A DNA stretch of 64,000 bases. Source: an uncultured Bacillota bacterium (GTDB lineage: Bacteria > Bacillota > Clostridia > Christensenellales > UBA1242). The notes beneath the pieces were generated by a model. The model did no database searches, was not told where the DNA came from, and saw only the letters and a list, made by a program, of their open reading frames with translations. The stretch covers positions 75,690-139,689 of the forward strand of contig UQVQ01000002.1 in NCBI GenBank assembly GCA_900544595.1, given 5' to 3'. Shown here in pieces: positions 48,567-57,043 of this stretch (within the stretch, counting starts at the first letter, position 1; each line of letters opens with the position of its first letter). The translations under genes and the position numbers were made by a program.

Positions 48567-49010
48567 TCATACATTTTTATTCTTAAAATCTCTTATTTTG
48601 TTTAATGTTATTTCACATCTGTTCCCACCAAAATACTTAAATAATAAATTCTTTAATATTGGTAATTTTGTTACTTCGTAAAATAGAGTTAATGAAGAAC
48701 AAAATTTTATTGAATCTATAAATCCCAATATTTCATAGATAGTAAAGTCTTTTAAATTTAACAAAATATTACAACATTCCAAATATCTATCCCACAAAAT
48801 TTTGTTTTTCGCATATGCCACCGCTTCTTCTATATTTTCAATTCCATAAATATTTGAATATTCACTTCTTCCAAGGCCCTTTAATTGTGGGAATATATAC
48901 CAAATCCAATGTGTTTCCTTATAACCATTTTTTAATTGTTTGATAACATCACAATAAATTTCATTTTGTGCTTTTATAAACCTTTCCAAATTATATTTAT
49001 CATTCTCCAT
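48567..49010 (-). CDS. DUF1810 family protein
   Basis: LERFIKAQNEIYCDVIKQLKNGYKETHWIWYIFPQLKGLGRSEYSNIYGIENIEEAVAY matches the DUF1810 signature (F..AQ...Y......G.K.SHWMW.IFPQ..GLG.S). Confidence 0.75.
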   Translation of the reverse strand: MENDKYNLERFIKAQNEIYCDVIKQLKNGYKETHWIWYIFPQLKGLGRSEYSNIYGIENIEEAVAYAKNKILWDRYLECCNILLNLKDFTIYEILGFIDSIKFCSSLTLFYEVTKLPILKNLLFKYFGGNRCEITLNKIRDFKNKNV

Positions 49011-49022
49011 CAAAACACCTGT

Positions 49023-49484
49023 TTATTGTTTCAAATTTGCAAAAGGCAACTGTCCATATTTGTTTTTAAATTCACACAACAATTCTTTTTTTACTTTTTC
49101 AGAATTTTCACACTTCATATACCATATATGCAAGTCTTCATAATTTTGTATTTGTCCAATTATTCTACCACCGAAGGCAGAAACATTTTTCCCACCCCAA
49201 AACTTGAGATGTTCCAAGACTCTTTTGTAAACAGTTTTAGATTCGCTTTTCCCAATATATAGAACATCCGCATCCTTCAACCATCTGTTTTGCAACTCAT
49301 CAATGGAAACAGCGACTTTTCTATCTCTCCATATCTCTAAATTAACAGCCTCGTTAAAATTTACTTTTCCAAAATCACTAGGAAGAACAATAATATAAAC
49401 TCCATAGTAATTTCCTTTGCTCTCGTTCAAATCTCTCAATGTTCCGCCAAATTCAAAATCTCTATCAAAAAATCTTTTAATCAT
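49023..49484 (-). CDS. Possible GIY-YIG-superfamily nuclease with a ~40-aa insertion
   Basis: GVYIIVL ... VLYIGKSE ... YKRVLEH ... KKELLCEF ... PFAN fit the GIY / YIG / Arg / Glu / Asn order. By-eye assignment only. Confidence 0.4.
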   Translation of the reverse strand: MIKRFFDRDFEFGGTLRDLNESKGNYYGVYIIVLPSDFGKVNFNEAVNLEIWRDRKVAVSIDELQNRWLKDADVLYIGKSESKTVYKRVLEHLKFWGGKNVSAFGGRIIGQIQNYEDLHIWYMKCENSEKVKKELLCEFKNKYGQLPFANLKQ

Positions 49485-49753
49485 TTTTTAATCTCCTTAA
49501 AAAAACAATCTCCTTGCTTTACCTTATATTTTAAGATTAAATCTATCAATTCTCTCAAAAATAAAATCATGTTTTTGTTTTGTAGGCGTTTTGTAAAATG
49601 CGTGATACTAGGAGTATTTACTCCTTTTTCTAAGCACCTTTCACACAAACACCATCTCCCATGACAATGATATTTTTTGTAAACGATTTCAAAATCTTCT
49701 AATTGCGGTTCACTAAAAATTTCGCCACAACACTTACACTTATATAGTGGCAT
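49481..49753 (-). CDS. Small Cys-rich (zinc-ribbon-like) protein
   Basis: MPLYKCKCCGEIF...YHCHGRWCLCERC. Stop overlaps the next start (ATGA). The start codon is uncertain (the ORF track extends to 49813). Confidence 0.35.
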   Translation of the reverse strand: MPLYKCKCCGEIFSEPQLEDFEIVYKKYHCHGRWCLCERCLEKGVNTPSITHFTKRLQNKNMILFLRELIDLILKYKVKQGDCFFKEIKK

Positions 49754-49763
49754 ATAAAATGTT

Positions 49764-50054
49764 TCAGTTCTCTCCACTATTTTTCTCCAAAACAGTTGTG
49801 TTCGTTGGTACACTTCCCCCTAGAAGTGGATAGGACTTCATGTAACAACCTTTACCTTTAATTGTAACAATGTCGCACCCATACTCCCTAAGATAACCAA
49901 TATTGCGAGCAATTGTTTTTCTATCACAAGAAATCCCACAGAATTTGCTAATTTGTTCTGCGATTTTTGTTTGATGCAAAGGACAATTTTCCGAACTTCC
50001 ATATTTTAATGCATCATAAACATATAATATAATAAGTTTTTTGTGTTTTTTCAC
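49764..50054 (-). CDS. Stand-alone winged-HTH protein related to the N-terminus of WYL regulators
   Basis: GTG start with a GGAGGTG RBS. LIILYVYDALKYGSSENCPLHQTKIAEQISKFCGISCDRKTIARNIGYLREYGCDIV parallels residues ~9-66 of the WYL regulator at 43526..44506. Confidence 0.5.
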   Translation of the reverse strand: MKKHKKLIILYVYDALKYGSSENCPLHQTKIAEQISKFCGISCDRKTIARNIGYLREYGCDIVTIKGKGCYMKSYPLLGGSVPTNTTVLEKNSGEN

Positions 50055-50155
50055 TTACACACCTCCACTATTTCAATTATATCATACCACATGAGACAAA
50101 AAGGACGCATATAGTTCTAAAAAAACTTAAATTGGTTTCCATCTTATACATTTCT

Positions 50156-50776
50156 TTAATTTTCCAGCAAATCTTCGATATTACAACCCAAAACTCTTGC
50201 TAGTTTGTAAAGTGTTTCAACTTGTGCTTTGTTTATGTCGTTTCTTCGTTGTTCATACATTTGAATAGAGCGAAGTTCCACTTCTGCAAGACTTGCAAGT
50301 TTGCTTTGAGATAAGCCTCGTGCTTGTCTTATTTTTTTTAGGTTGGTGATTTCAGACTTTTTGAAATATGTGTTCGCTACATCAAAAAACTTTGTTACAT
50401 CGGCTTCGTGCAAGGTTGGATATAGTCTTAAAACTTCTTCAATAGGCAATGAATTATTTATCTTATAGAAAGAATATCCTTTTTTGTGTTGGAATTGTGC
50501 CAAAACCCAGCCAGCCCAATAATATTTATCTTTGTTTATATCTTCTTTGTTTGGAATGGATTTTTTTCTATTATAAATTTCATTCAAATAATCTAATGCA
50601 GAGCAGGTAAGATATTTTGGATTTCCTTTTTCAATTTGTTTTGCCACATTGGAATTGACAAAGGTGTTCCAAAAAATTGTAGGGTTTATTCCAATATCCA
50701 CAGCATGCTCAAACATTACACCCAAATTTTCGGATAGATTTGGTAAATATAAATCGTTATATGATTGAATCGCCAT
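50156..50776 (-). CDS. DUF3791-like N-terminal domain fused to a C-terminal XRE-type HTH
   Basis: C-terminus IRQARGLSQSKLASLAEVELRSIQMYEQRRNDINKAQVETLYKLARVLGCNIEDLL is a classic XRE HTH. It overlaps the upstream DUF3990 gene by 20 nt, and the DUF3990/DUF3791 pairing is common in Firmicutes. Confidence 0.6.
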   Translation of the reverse strand: MAIQSYNDLYLPNLSENLGVMFEHAVDIGINPTIFWNTFVNSNVAKQIEKGNPKYLTCSALDYLNEIYNRKKSIPNKEDINKDKYYWAGWVLAQFQHKKGYSFYKINNSLPIEEVLRLYPTLHEADVTKFFDVANTYFKKSEITNLKKIRQARGLSQSKLASLAEVELRSIQMYEQRRNDINKAQVETLYKLARVLGCNIEDLLEN

Positions 50777-51440
50777 CTTTTAACCCCTTTCTCATAATAT
50801 CCACTACAAATATATCATTGGTTAGTGTCGCCGACTTTCTAGTACCTTTCAAATAATCTTCTCGTGCCTTTTCATCTCTTGCTTTTCTTTTTGTAAAGTA
50901 TTCCAATCTGTCTGCAGTTTCAAAACCTTCAAAATGAAGTTTACTAAATGCAAGTTCGCTAACTATTACAACTTGCTTTCCAAGTTGACCTAATTCCATA
51001 GCTTGACTTAATTTTCTAACAGGAATTGTATTGTTTACAAAATCTCTTGCAAAACTAAAATATGAGTCGTCTGCTCTAAACCCAATAACTATATCGTAAT
51101 TATTTACATCAATGTAAAAGTTTTTGAGCAAGTATTCTTTTGCTTGAATAGATATATCATTGCTCAAATCAAAAGTTCTAAATTTTAAAAGTATTGCAAT
51201 CCAGTTCAGTATTGAATATCTTTTATCTGTTAAATCTAGAATTTTAAGCCCAGACAAATCAATAGAATATTTATTTGCAAATCCATTATTTTCGTTATTA
51301 CTGCAAGACCACTCTTTTGCAAGTTCCAAACTTTCTGTGCAATAAAATCCAAAACCATAATCATTTTCGGCTTTCCCACCGTGATAATATGGTTTTTCAA
51401 TAATATCTTTTGAACCGTGATAAATAACCAACTTTGACAT
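50757..51440 (-). CDS. DUF3990 domain protein (ADP-ribosyltransferase-like H-Y-E motifs by eye)
   Basis: MSKLVIYHGSKDIIEKP...DYGFGFYCTES is typical of DUF3990 N-termini; AAGGAG RBS. Confidence 0.7.
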   Translation of the reverse strand: MSKLVIYHGSKDIIEKPYYHGGKAENDYGFGFYCTESLELAKEWSCSNNENNGFANKYSIDLSGLKILDLTDKRYSILNWIAILLKFRTFDLSNDISIQAKEYLLKNFYIDVNNYDIVIGFRADDSYFSFARDFVNNTIPVRKLSQAMELGQLGKQVVIVSELAFSKLHFEGFETADRLEYFTKRKARDEKAREDYLKGTRKSATLTNDIFVVDIMRKGLKDGDSII

Positions 51441-51468
51441 CTTCTTCTCCTTTTAATCTATGCTATTA

Positions 51469-51576
51469 TATCATTACAATGACACATTGTCAATCAATTA
51501 TGACATTTTCTATCATTACAATGATATATCTGCATTTCAACCAATCACGAATATTAAATTTATATCATTACAATGA
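51469..51576. promoter_or_regulatory. Three direct copies of a 14-bp motif TATCATTACAATGA upstream of the DUF3990 operon
   Basis: Exact copies at 51469-51482, 51511-51524 and 51563-51576. Each contains the inverted half-sites TCATT / AATGA. Confidence 0.45.
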
Positions 51577-52495
51577 TACATTATGAATTATTGTCTTTAA
51601 TAATCATATTAAAACCACTTTGTTAAACTTACAAAGTTTTAGGCAGTTCAAGAGCAACCAATTTTAGTAAAAACATCACATTTGCTGTCAATTGCTGTCA
51701 TTTTTTCTTATCAAAAGACAGCAAATATTTTCTTATATCGCTAAAAGCCTTTATTTTACTGATGTTTTGATGTATAGAGCACACACTCTATTTTACTAGA
51801 ACCCGACATGGGTAAAGTATGGGTTTAGTTACTGGTAATTCTAAAAAGCGCCTCTTAAAATGTTTGTAGTGTATCAAGTGAAAACAAGTTTGAATTAAGA
51901 AATATCAAACTAAATCAAAAATAAGGCATATAAATATCATTAAGCTGGCAAGTGATGTCATTCCCTTATCCAAATTCCTTAGATACACTAAAAACGAATT
52001 AAAAAAGGCAATGCAAAATGACAATAAGATTTTAGTTGTATATTGGAATGGCGAATAAAAAAGCCCAAAGCCCGACTAGGGGTTAGCACTAGTAGATTAG
52101 ATTTTATGGCATAGAGAAATTTCTCAGTCTTTTTAATTCCAAGTTTACAAAAAGGAGTTAAAAATTATGCAAAAACTAGAGATTGAATTTGAAAACGAAT
52201 TAGATTTAACTTTGCTAGACAATGAATTTTTTGTTGCAATGCTAAATCAGATTATGCTTTTCAAAAAATGCGAGGTGCAATATTGAGATCATGGCGTGTG
52301 CTTGTCTTGATACAAGTATTATTTCTTTCGGTTACAGAGCATAAACGAAAACTCTTTCTTGTCAAGGATAAAATGTATTGTTCCACAACCCTTGACAAGA
52401 AAAGAAAAATAATAAATAAAAATATTTTAATCCCTTTTCGTTTCTTTTCGCTCTGTCGAAAGACAAAAATTAAACTAAATAAAAGGAGAAAAATA

Positions 52496-53190
52496 TGAAA
52501 ACAGCAGTAAATATATGCATATAGTTCAGATAGTCAAACTGAACAAAGTATAGAGAACCAATTAAGAGTATGCAAAGATTATGCCCAAAAGAATGATATT
52601 GTCATTGTTGATACATACATAGATAGAGCCATGTCAGGCACAAATGATAATCGTATCGCATTCCAAAAAATGATTAAAGATAGTAGTAATCATCAATTTT
52701 CTATCGTTCTTGTTTACAAGTTGGATAGATTTTCGAGAAATAAATACGAAAGTGTTATTCACAAGAAAACATTAAAGGACAATGGGGTTAAAATCATATC
52801 TTGTATGGAAAACATCCCGGACACGCCAGAGAGAACTTTAATGGAAGCATTACTTGAAGGATTTAACAAATATTTCAGTGAAGAACTAACTCAAAAAGTA
52901 AATCGTGGACTTAAAGAAAGCTGGTTTAAAGGTAATGCTACTGGCGGACAACAATTTTTACGAAAACAAGTATTTGAAGATATGAGTGATATAAAAGATA
53001 CAAAAACTTGTGATAAATACTTTTGTAAGACAAATATACCTCTATAAAGATAAAATCATAATACTTTTTAATTTTGCAACACCACCAGACAAACCAAAAC
53101 TAACAGTTGAAGAAAACATAAAAATAGCAGAACAAATAAACTCTGCTTTATCTAAAACCAATGGTTCGCGCATTAAACTTCCGTCCGCAC
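52496..53190 (+). pseudogene. Decayed serine recombinase (resolvase-domain) gene
   Basis: ATG at 52496 gives MKTAV, then a +1 shift restores IYAYSSDSQTEQSIENQLRVCKDYAQKNDIVIVDTYIDRAMSGTNDNR...LVYKLDRFSRN (catalytic Ser/Arg region). Beyond ~53000 only a short C-terminal-like piece (FVRQIYLYKDKIIILFNF) remains. Most of the recombinase/zinc-ribbon region is missing. Confidence 0.75.
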
Positions 53191-53199
53191 CAAAAAAAA

Positions 53200-53225
53200 C
53201 CGTTTCCTTTGAAACGGCTTTTTTA
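53200..53225. terminator. Bidirectional rho-independent terminator at the right island edge
   Basis: Stem CCGTTTC / GAAACGG flanked by A8 and a T-run. Confidence 0.65.
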
Positions 53226-53292
53226 TTTTATTTAGATATACTTAAACGCGAAAAATTTTTATATGATAATATTTACTTTGCAATAATATTTC

Positions 53293-54201
53293 TTATTCTT
53301 TTACGGAAGCAAAATAAGTTTCAAGTTCTGAAAGGAACATACGCGAAGAGTTTGCCATAAATTTGTCTTTCATATTAAAAACGCAAATTTCACGAGGTGT
53401 AATTTCAAAATCTGTTTTAAGAATTTTTATGTTTTTTGTTTTTAAGTCTTTTTCAATAAAACTTTTTGTTGAAAAGCCAATCATGTCGGTTGCATTTGAA
53501 ACAAAATCCAAAATTATTCCAAAACTTTCGGTTTCAAGGCTTGGCACGATTGTAACTTTGTTTTCTTTGCAAAGTTTATCGAAAAACACGCGGTTGCTTG
53601 AAGGCAATTTTTGCAAAATCATTTGATAGTTTTTAAGTTCATTTTTGGAAACAAAATCGCTTTCAAAATTTTTGTTAACAACAAAACAATCTTCAATTGT
53701 TGTTATAACTTTTTTGTTTGCTCCTTCAATTGACTGGGCAGGCTCGGAAACAATTGCCATATCAACATCGCCACGTTTCAATTTTTCCATAAGTTGCGTG
53801 CTAATTCCGTCAACAATTGAAATTTTTATGTTTGGATGTTTTTCTCGAAATTTAAAAATGAAAGGAAGTAAAAGCCCGCGCATAATCGTTGAACTTGAAC
53901 CAATAACAATTTCGCCGCCCTCAATTTGGTTCCTTTCAAACAACACATTAACCCCGTGTTGAACGCAGTTTAGCGCGCGCTTGAAATCCTCATAAAGAAC
54001 TTCCCCGCTTGGCGTTGGTTTCATTCCTTTTGGCAAACGAACGAAAAGTTCGCAGTTAAACGTTTCTTCAAGTTTTTTAATGCTTTGCGTTATTGCAGGC
54101 TGAGAAACAAAAAGTTTTTCGCTTGCCAAAGTTGTGCTCCCTGTTTCATAAACGCTAACAAAAGTTTTTATTAAGTTTAAGTCAAAATTAGTATTATCCA
54201 T
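53293..54201 (-). CDS. LysR-family transcriptional regulator
   Basis: N-terminal HTH LIKTFVSVYETGSTTLASEKLFVSQPAITQSIKKLEE plus a substrate-binding domain; 302 aa. Confidence 0.9.
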   Translation of the reverse strand: MDNTNFDLNLIKTFVSVYETGSTTLASEKLFVSQPAITQSIKKLEETFNCELFVRLPKGMKPTPSGEVLYEDFKRALNCVQHGVNVLFERNQIEGGEIVIGSSSTIMRGLLLPFIFKFREKHPNIKISIVDGISTQLMEKLKRGDVDMAIVSEPAQSIEGANKKVITTIEDCFVVNKNFESDFVSKNELKNYQMILQKLPSSNRVFFDKLCKENKVTIVPSLETESFGIILDFVSNATDMIGFSTKSFIEKDLKTKNIKILKTDFEITPREICVFNMKDKFMANSSRMFLSELETYFASVKE

Positions 54202-54289
54202 ACTTATACCTCATATAACAACAAGATATTTTACTTATACCATAATTTCTCATATAATGCAACTACATTTTAAAAAAAGGAGAAAAATT

Positions 54290-54895
54290 ATGGCAATTAT
54301 TGTTAATTTATTGGGAACACCAGGAGCAGGGAAAAGCACGGGTTGCGCCTACATTTTTTCAAAACTTAAACTTGCAGGAATCAATGCCGAACTCATAACA
54401 GAGTTCGCGAAAGACAAAGTTTGGGAAGATAATCAAGCAGCGCTTTCAAATCAACTTTATATTTTTGGGAAACAAAACTACAAAATTAGCAGATGCGAAA
54501 AAAAGGTTGATGTTATAATAACCGACTCACCTTTGCTTAACAGCATTCTCTACAACAAAGATAAAGTTCTTGGAGAAGAATTCAACGCGCTTGTTGCAAA
54601 AGTTTTTAAATCATATTCCAACATGACATATTTAATTAACCGAACAAAACCTTATAACCCCGCAGGAAGACTTCAAACCGAAAGTCAAGCGGACGCTCTT
54701 AAATCTTCAATTTTGTCAATTTTAACAAGATATGATATTCCATATAGAGAAAGAAATGGCGACCAGCAATCATACGACCAAATTGCAAACGATGTTATTT
54801 TAACCGTTAAACACCTAAAAGCAATTCGCGCTCAAAACAATTTTAGCACAACAAAAGAGTTCAAGCCCCAAGATCGAATTATGAATTTTGATTGA
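54290..54895 (+). CDS. P-loop NTPase (AAA/kinase-like), function unknown
   Basis: AGGAG RBS before the ATG at 54290. LLGTPGAGKST Walker A and VIITDSP Walker B-like. Divergent from the LysR gene. Confidence 0.55.
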   Translation: MAIIVNLLGTPGAGKSTGCAYIFSKLKLAGINAELITEFAKDKVWEDNQAALSNQLYIFGKQNYKISRCEKKVDVIITDSPLLNSILYNKDKVLGEEFNALVAKVFKSYSNMTYLINRTKPYNPAGRLQTESQADALKSSILSILTRYDIPYRERNGDQQSYDQIANDVILTVKHLKAIRAQNNFSTTKEFKPQDRIMNFD

Positions 54896-55337
54896 TTTCA
54901 AGAAAAAATGCAAAAAATACCCTTGAAAAATTTAAAAAAAGCGATGAAATTACTGTTTCATATAAAATTTTAATTAAAAATTTATAAAAAGTTTACAAAA
55001 AAGCTAATGAAAATAGAAAAACTCATCGATATAATTTCACGTGCTAAAAAAAGGACAATATGATAACCTACAACTCAACATATGTTAAAAAACTTTCAAA
55101 AGATGTTAGCGAAGTTGAAAAAGTTTTCTAGGAAATTTCAGCAGCATTTACAAAAGATGGGCAACTTTATATGCACAATAATGAATCAAGCAGTTATTAT
55201 ACAGATGGTTTAAACCAACCATACACCGCAAAAGAATTTATTAGGGATTCAATTCTTGAAAACAACCGAACTTCTTCCGCAAAGCAAACATCAGATCTTA
55301 ATTTGCAAAAAAAAGAAGCTGATTTGGGCTTCTTTTT

Positions 55338-55994
55338 TTATATTGCGGTTTCGTCTTCGTTTTCGGTTTCAATTTCTTCGCCGTTAATTTGAATTTTGCT
55401 AACCGAAATTTCATATGCAGTTTTTGTTACCGTTTCGGTTTCGCTAAGTTTCTTTTGATAGTCGCGGCTTTGAATTCTTCCAACAATTGAAATTTGCGTT
55501 CCAACTTCGGCATCTTTAATATATTTTGCATTTCTTCCCCAAGCGATGCAAGGGAGATAGTCCGATTTATTATATGCGCGGTTAACGGCAACCAAAACAT
55601 CGCAAATTTCGCGTTTAAACGGAGTTGTTCGATAGATTGGAGGTTTGCAAACATATCCAACAATTTCAATTATATTTGGATTCATACTTTCATCAACTTC
55701 AATTATTTCGCGAACAAAAACAGTTAAAACAAGTTTGCTTACGCCGTCAACAAGTTTATTATAGCTTCTGAATTGCCCTTTAATTGCAACTTTATTTCCA
55801 ACATCAAACTTATTGTTTGTTAACAATTTTTCGCTAACAGTTATTGGAATTAAGTCGTTATGTTCCGAAAGGCGCGGAACGCTCATTTGCATTTCATAGA
55901 ATGCTTCGCCAAAAGTTTCATGGCTGAAAACTGGTTCAGTTTCAATTTTCCCAAGCAAGAACACTTTGTTGTTGTTCATCATTTCGTAGTTCAT
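55338..55994 (-). CDS. Tandem OB-fold single-stranded-DNA-binding-like protein with an acidic tail
   Basis: Two SSB-like OB segments (NKVFLLGKIETEP...; IIEIVGYVCKPP...ISIVGRIQSRDY) and a C-terminal EEIETENEDETAI tail. Confidence 0.5.
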   Translation of the reverse strand: MNYEMMNNNKVFLLGKIETEPVFSHETFGEAFYEMQMSVPRLSEHNDLIPITVSEKLLTNNKFDVGNKVAIKGQFRSYNKLVDGVSKLVLTVFVREIIEVDESMNPNIIEIVGYVCKPPIYRTTPFKREICDVLVAVNRAYNKSDYLPCIAWGRNAKYIKDAEVGTQISIVGRIQSRDYQKKLSETETVTKTAYEISVSKIQINGEEIETENEDETAI

Positions 55995-56008
55995 ATCAAT
56001 CTCCTCAT

Positions 56009-56776
56009 TTAAGCAAGAGCTTTTTGCATTCCGTTTCTGTCAATTTCAAAGTTTTCTTTCATAACAAGTTCGCCAACGCTTCCAACCGTGTAGCCTTGTT
56101 TTTGAAGGCGGTCGAGAACAAGAGGAAGAGCGTCTAAAATATGGTCGGAATTATTATGGCAAAGGATAATGCTTCCAGGGCGAACGTTATTTAAAACGCG
56201 ATTGCAAATTTCTTCGCCAGAAAGACCTTTCCAATCTAATGTGTCAACGTCCCATTGAATTGAGATAAGCCCCATTTCGTCGGCAACATTTAAAAGAGTG
56301 TTGTTATATGCCCCAAATGGCGGACGAAAGAGTTTAACTTCTTTTCCAGTTATATCGGTTATGAGTTTGATTGACGCTTCAAGTTCGTTTTTAATTGCCT
56401 CGGCAGAAAGTTTTGTCATGTCGGGATGAGTGTTGGAGTGGGTTCCAATTTCAAAGCCGTTTTCGTCAATTTTCTTAACCATATCCGCATATTTATCTGT
56501 CCAAAATCCAACAAGGAAGAATGTTCCGTTTGCGCCATATTCTTTAAGTGTGTCCATAATTCCTTGAGTTTTGTCCGCTCCCCATGCGGCGTCGAAACTT
56601 ATTGCAACCCGTTTTTCTTCGGTTTGAACATAGTAAACAGGAACTTTTCTGTTTGCATAGCCGAAATAAACTTGGGCGGCGCTTACGCCATCGATGCTTA
56701 TCGCAAGCAAAATTGCAACAATAATAACAACCAAACAAATTGCTAATGTTTTAGATTTGACAACATAGAAATGCAT
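56009..56776 (-). CDS. Polysaccharide deacetylase (NodB homology domain), membrane-anchored
   Basis: VAISFDAAWG, GANGTFFLVG, HSNTHPDM and LCHN motifs. GGAGAA RBS before the ATG at 56776. The longer ORF to 57040 is rejected. Confidence 0.85.
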   Translation of the reverse strand: MHFYVVKSKTLAICLVVIIVAILLAISIDGVSAAQVYFGYANRKVPVYYVQTEEKRVAISFDAAWGADKTQGIMDTLKEYGANGTFFLVGFWTDKYADMVKKIDENGFEIGTHSNTHPDMTKLSAEAIKNELEASIKLITDITGKEVKLFRPPFGAYNNTLLNVADEMGLISIQWDVDTLDWKGLSGEEICNRVLNNVRPGSIILCHNNSDHILDALPLVLDRLQKQGYTVGSVGELVMKENFEIDRNGMQKALA

Positions 56777-57043
56777 TTTCTCCTCGCTTTTAACAATACC
56801 AAACCGCACTAATATGCGGCAAGGTTTAATGTGGTGAATTAAAGCAAATAAGCAAGTTTTTTGTCGAATTTGCCTTTCGCTTACTTTAATATATTTTGAA
56901 AAATTTGGCTTTATGAATTTTTTTAAGCAATTTGTAACATTTATGAAAATCTGGGAGTAGTATGAAGTAAGGACAAAAGAAAAATTCCTTAAAGCACAAA
57001 AGATGAAACGATACATATGAAAATTTTTAAGGAGGTACATATC

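Larger units (their letters stand above)
34181..53230. mobile_element. Degenerate ~19-kb genomic island (defence/AMR cargo) next to tRNA-Leu, ending at a decayed serine recombinase
   Basis: Visibly more AT-rich than the flanks (except the tet segment). Cargo comprises restriction, regulator, resistance, IS-remnant and recombinase-pseudogene functions. Housekeeping genes resume at the LysR gene. Confidence 0.6.

Noticed and set aside
51469-51576. Possible mini-CRISPR array, given the repeated 14-mers.
   Set aside because: There are only three copies, the repeats are too short (14 bp), the spacing is unequal at 28 and 38 bp, and there are no cas genes. They are better explained as operator sites. 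No CRISPR array was seen anywhere in the window.
52268-52498. 76-aa ORF upstream of the recombinase, plus a 39-codon ORF at 52168..52287.
   Set aside because: The 76-aa ORF spans the inverted-repeat/promoter-like region and has no RBS. The 39-codon ORF does have an AAAGGAG RBS and could be a small excisionase-like relic, but there is no supporting similarity.
34100-53300. Direct repeat of the tRNA-Leu 3' end (GGTTCGAGTCCGGCCACCAGCACCA) marking an attR at the right island border.
   Set aside because: I could not find it by eye near 51.4-53.3 kb. The island recombinase is of the serine type, which does not usually target tRNA genes. Borders are therefore given from gene content and composition only.
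53010-53626. ORFs 53010..53360 and 53363..53626.
   Set aside because: The first is only the C-terminal scrap of the decayed recombinase, reading through the terminator into the LysR gene. The second is antisense to the LysR gene.
55060-55392. Possible gene MITYNSTYVKKLSKDVSEVEKVF-TAG-EISAAFTKDGQLYMHNNESS..., with an in-frame TAG and continuing as track ORF 55171..55392.
   Set aside because: It is interrupted by a stop, reads through the terminator hairpin (about 55310-55335) and then into the SSB-like gene on the other strand. It is at best a decayed remnant.
56777-57040. 88-codon N-terminal extension of the polysaccharide deacetylase ORF.
   Set aside because: The extension has no RBS, has non-protein-like composition, and overlaps the promoter and RBS of the divergent Cys/Gly-rich gene. 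The ATG at 56776 has a GGAGAA RBS and starts at the signal-anchor helix.
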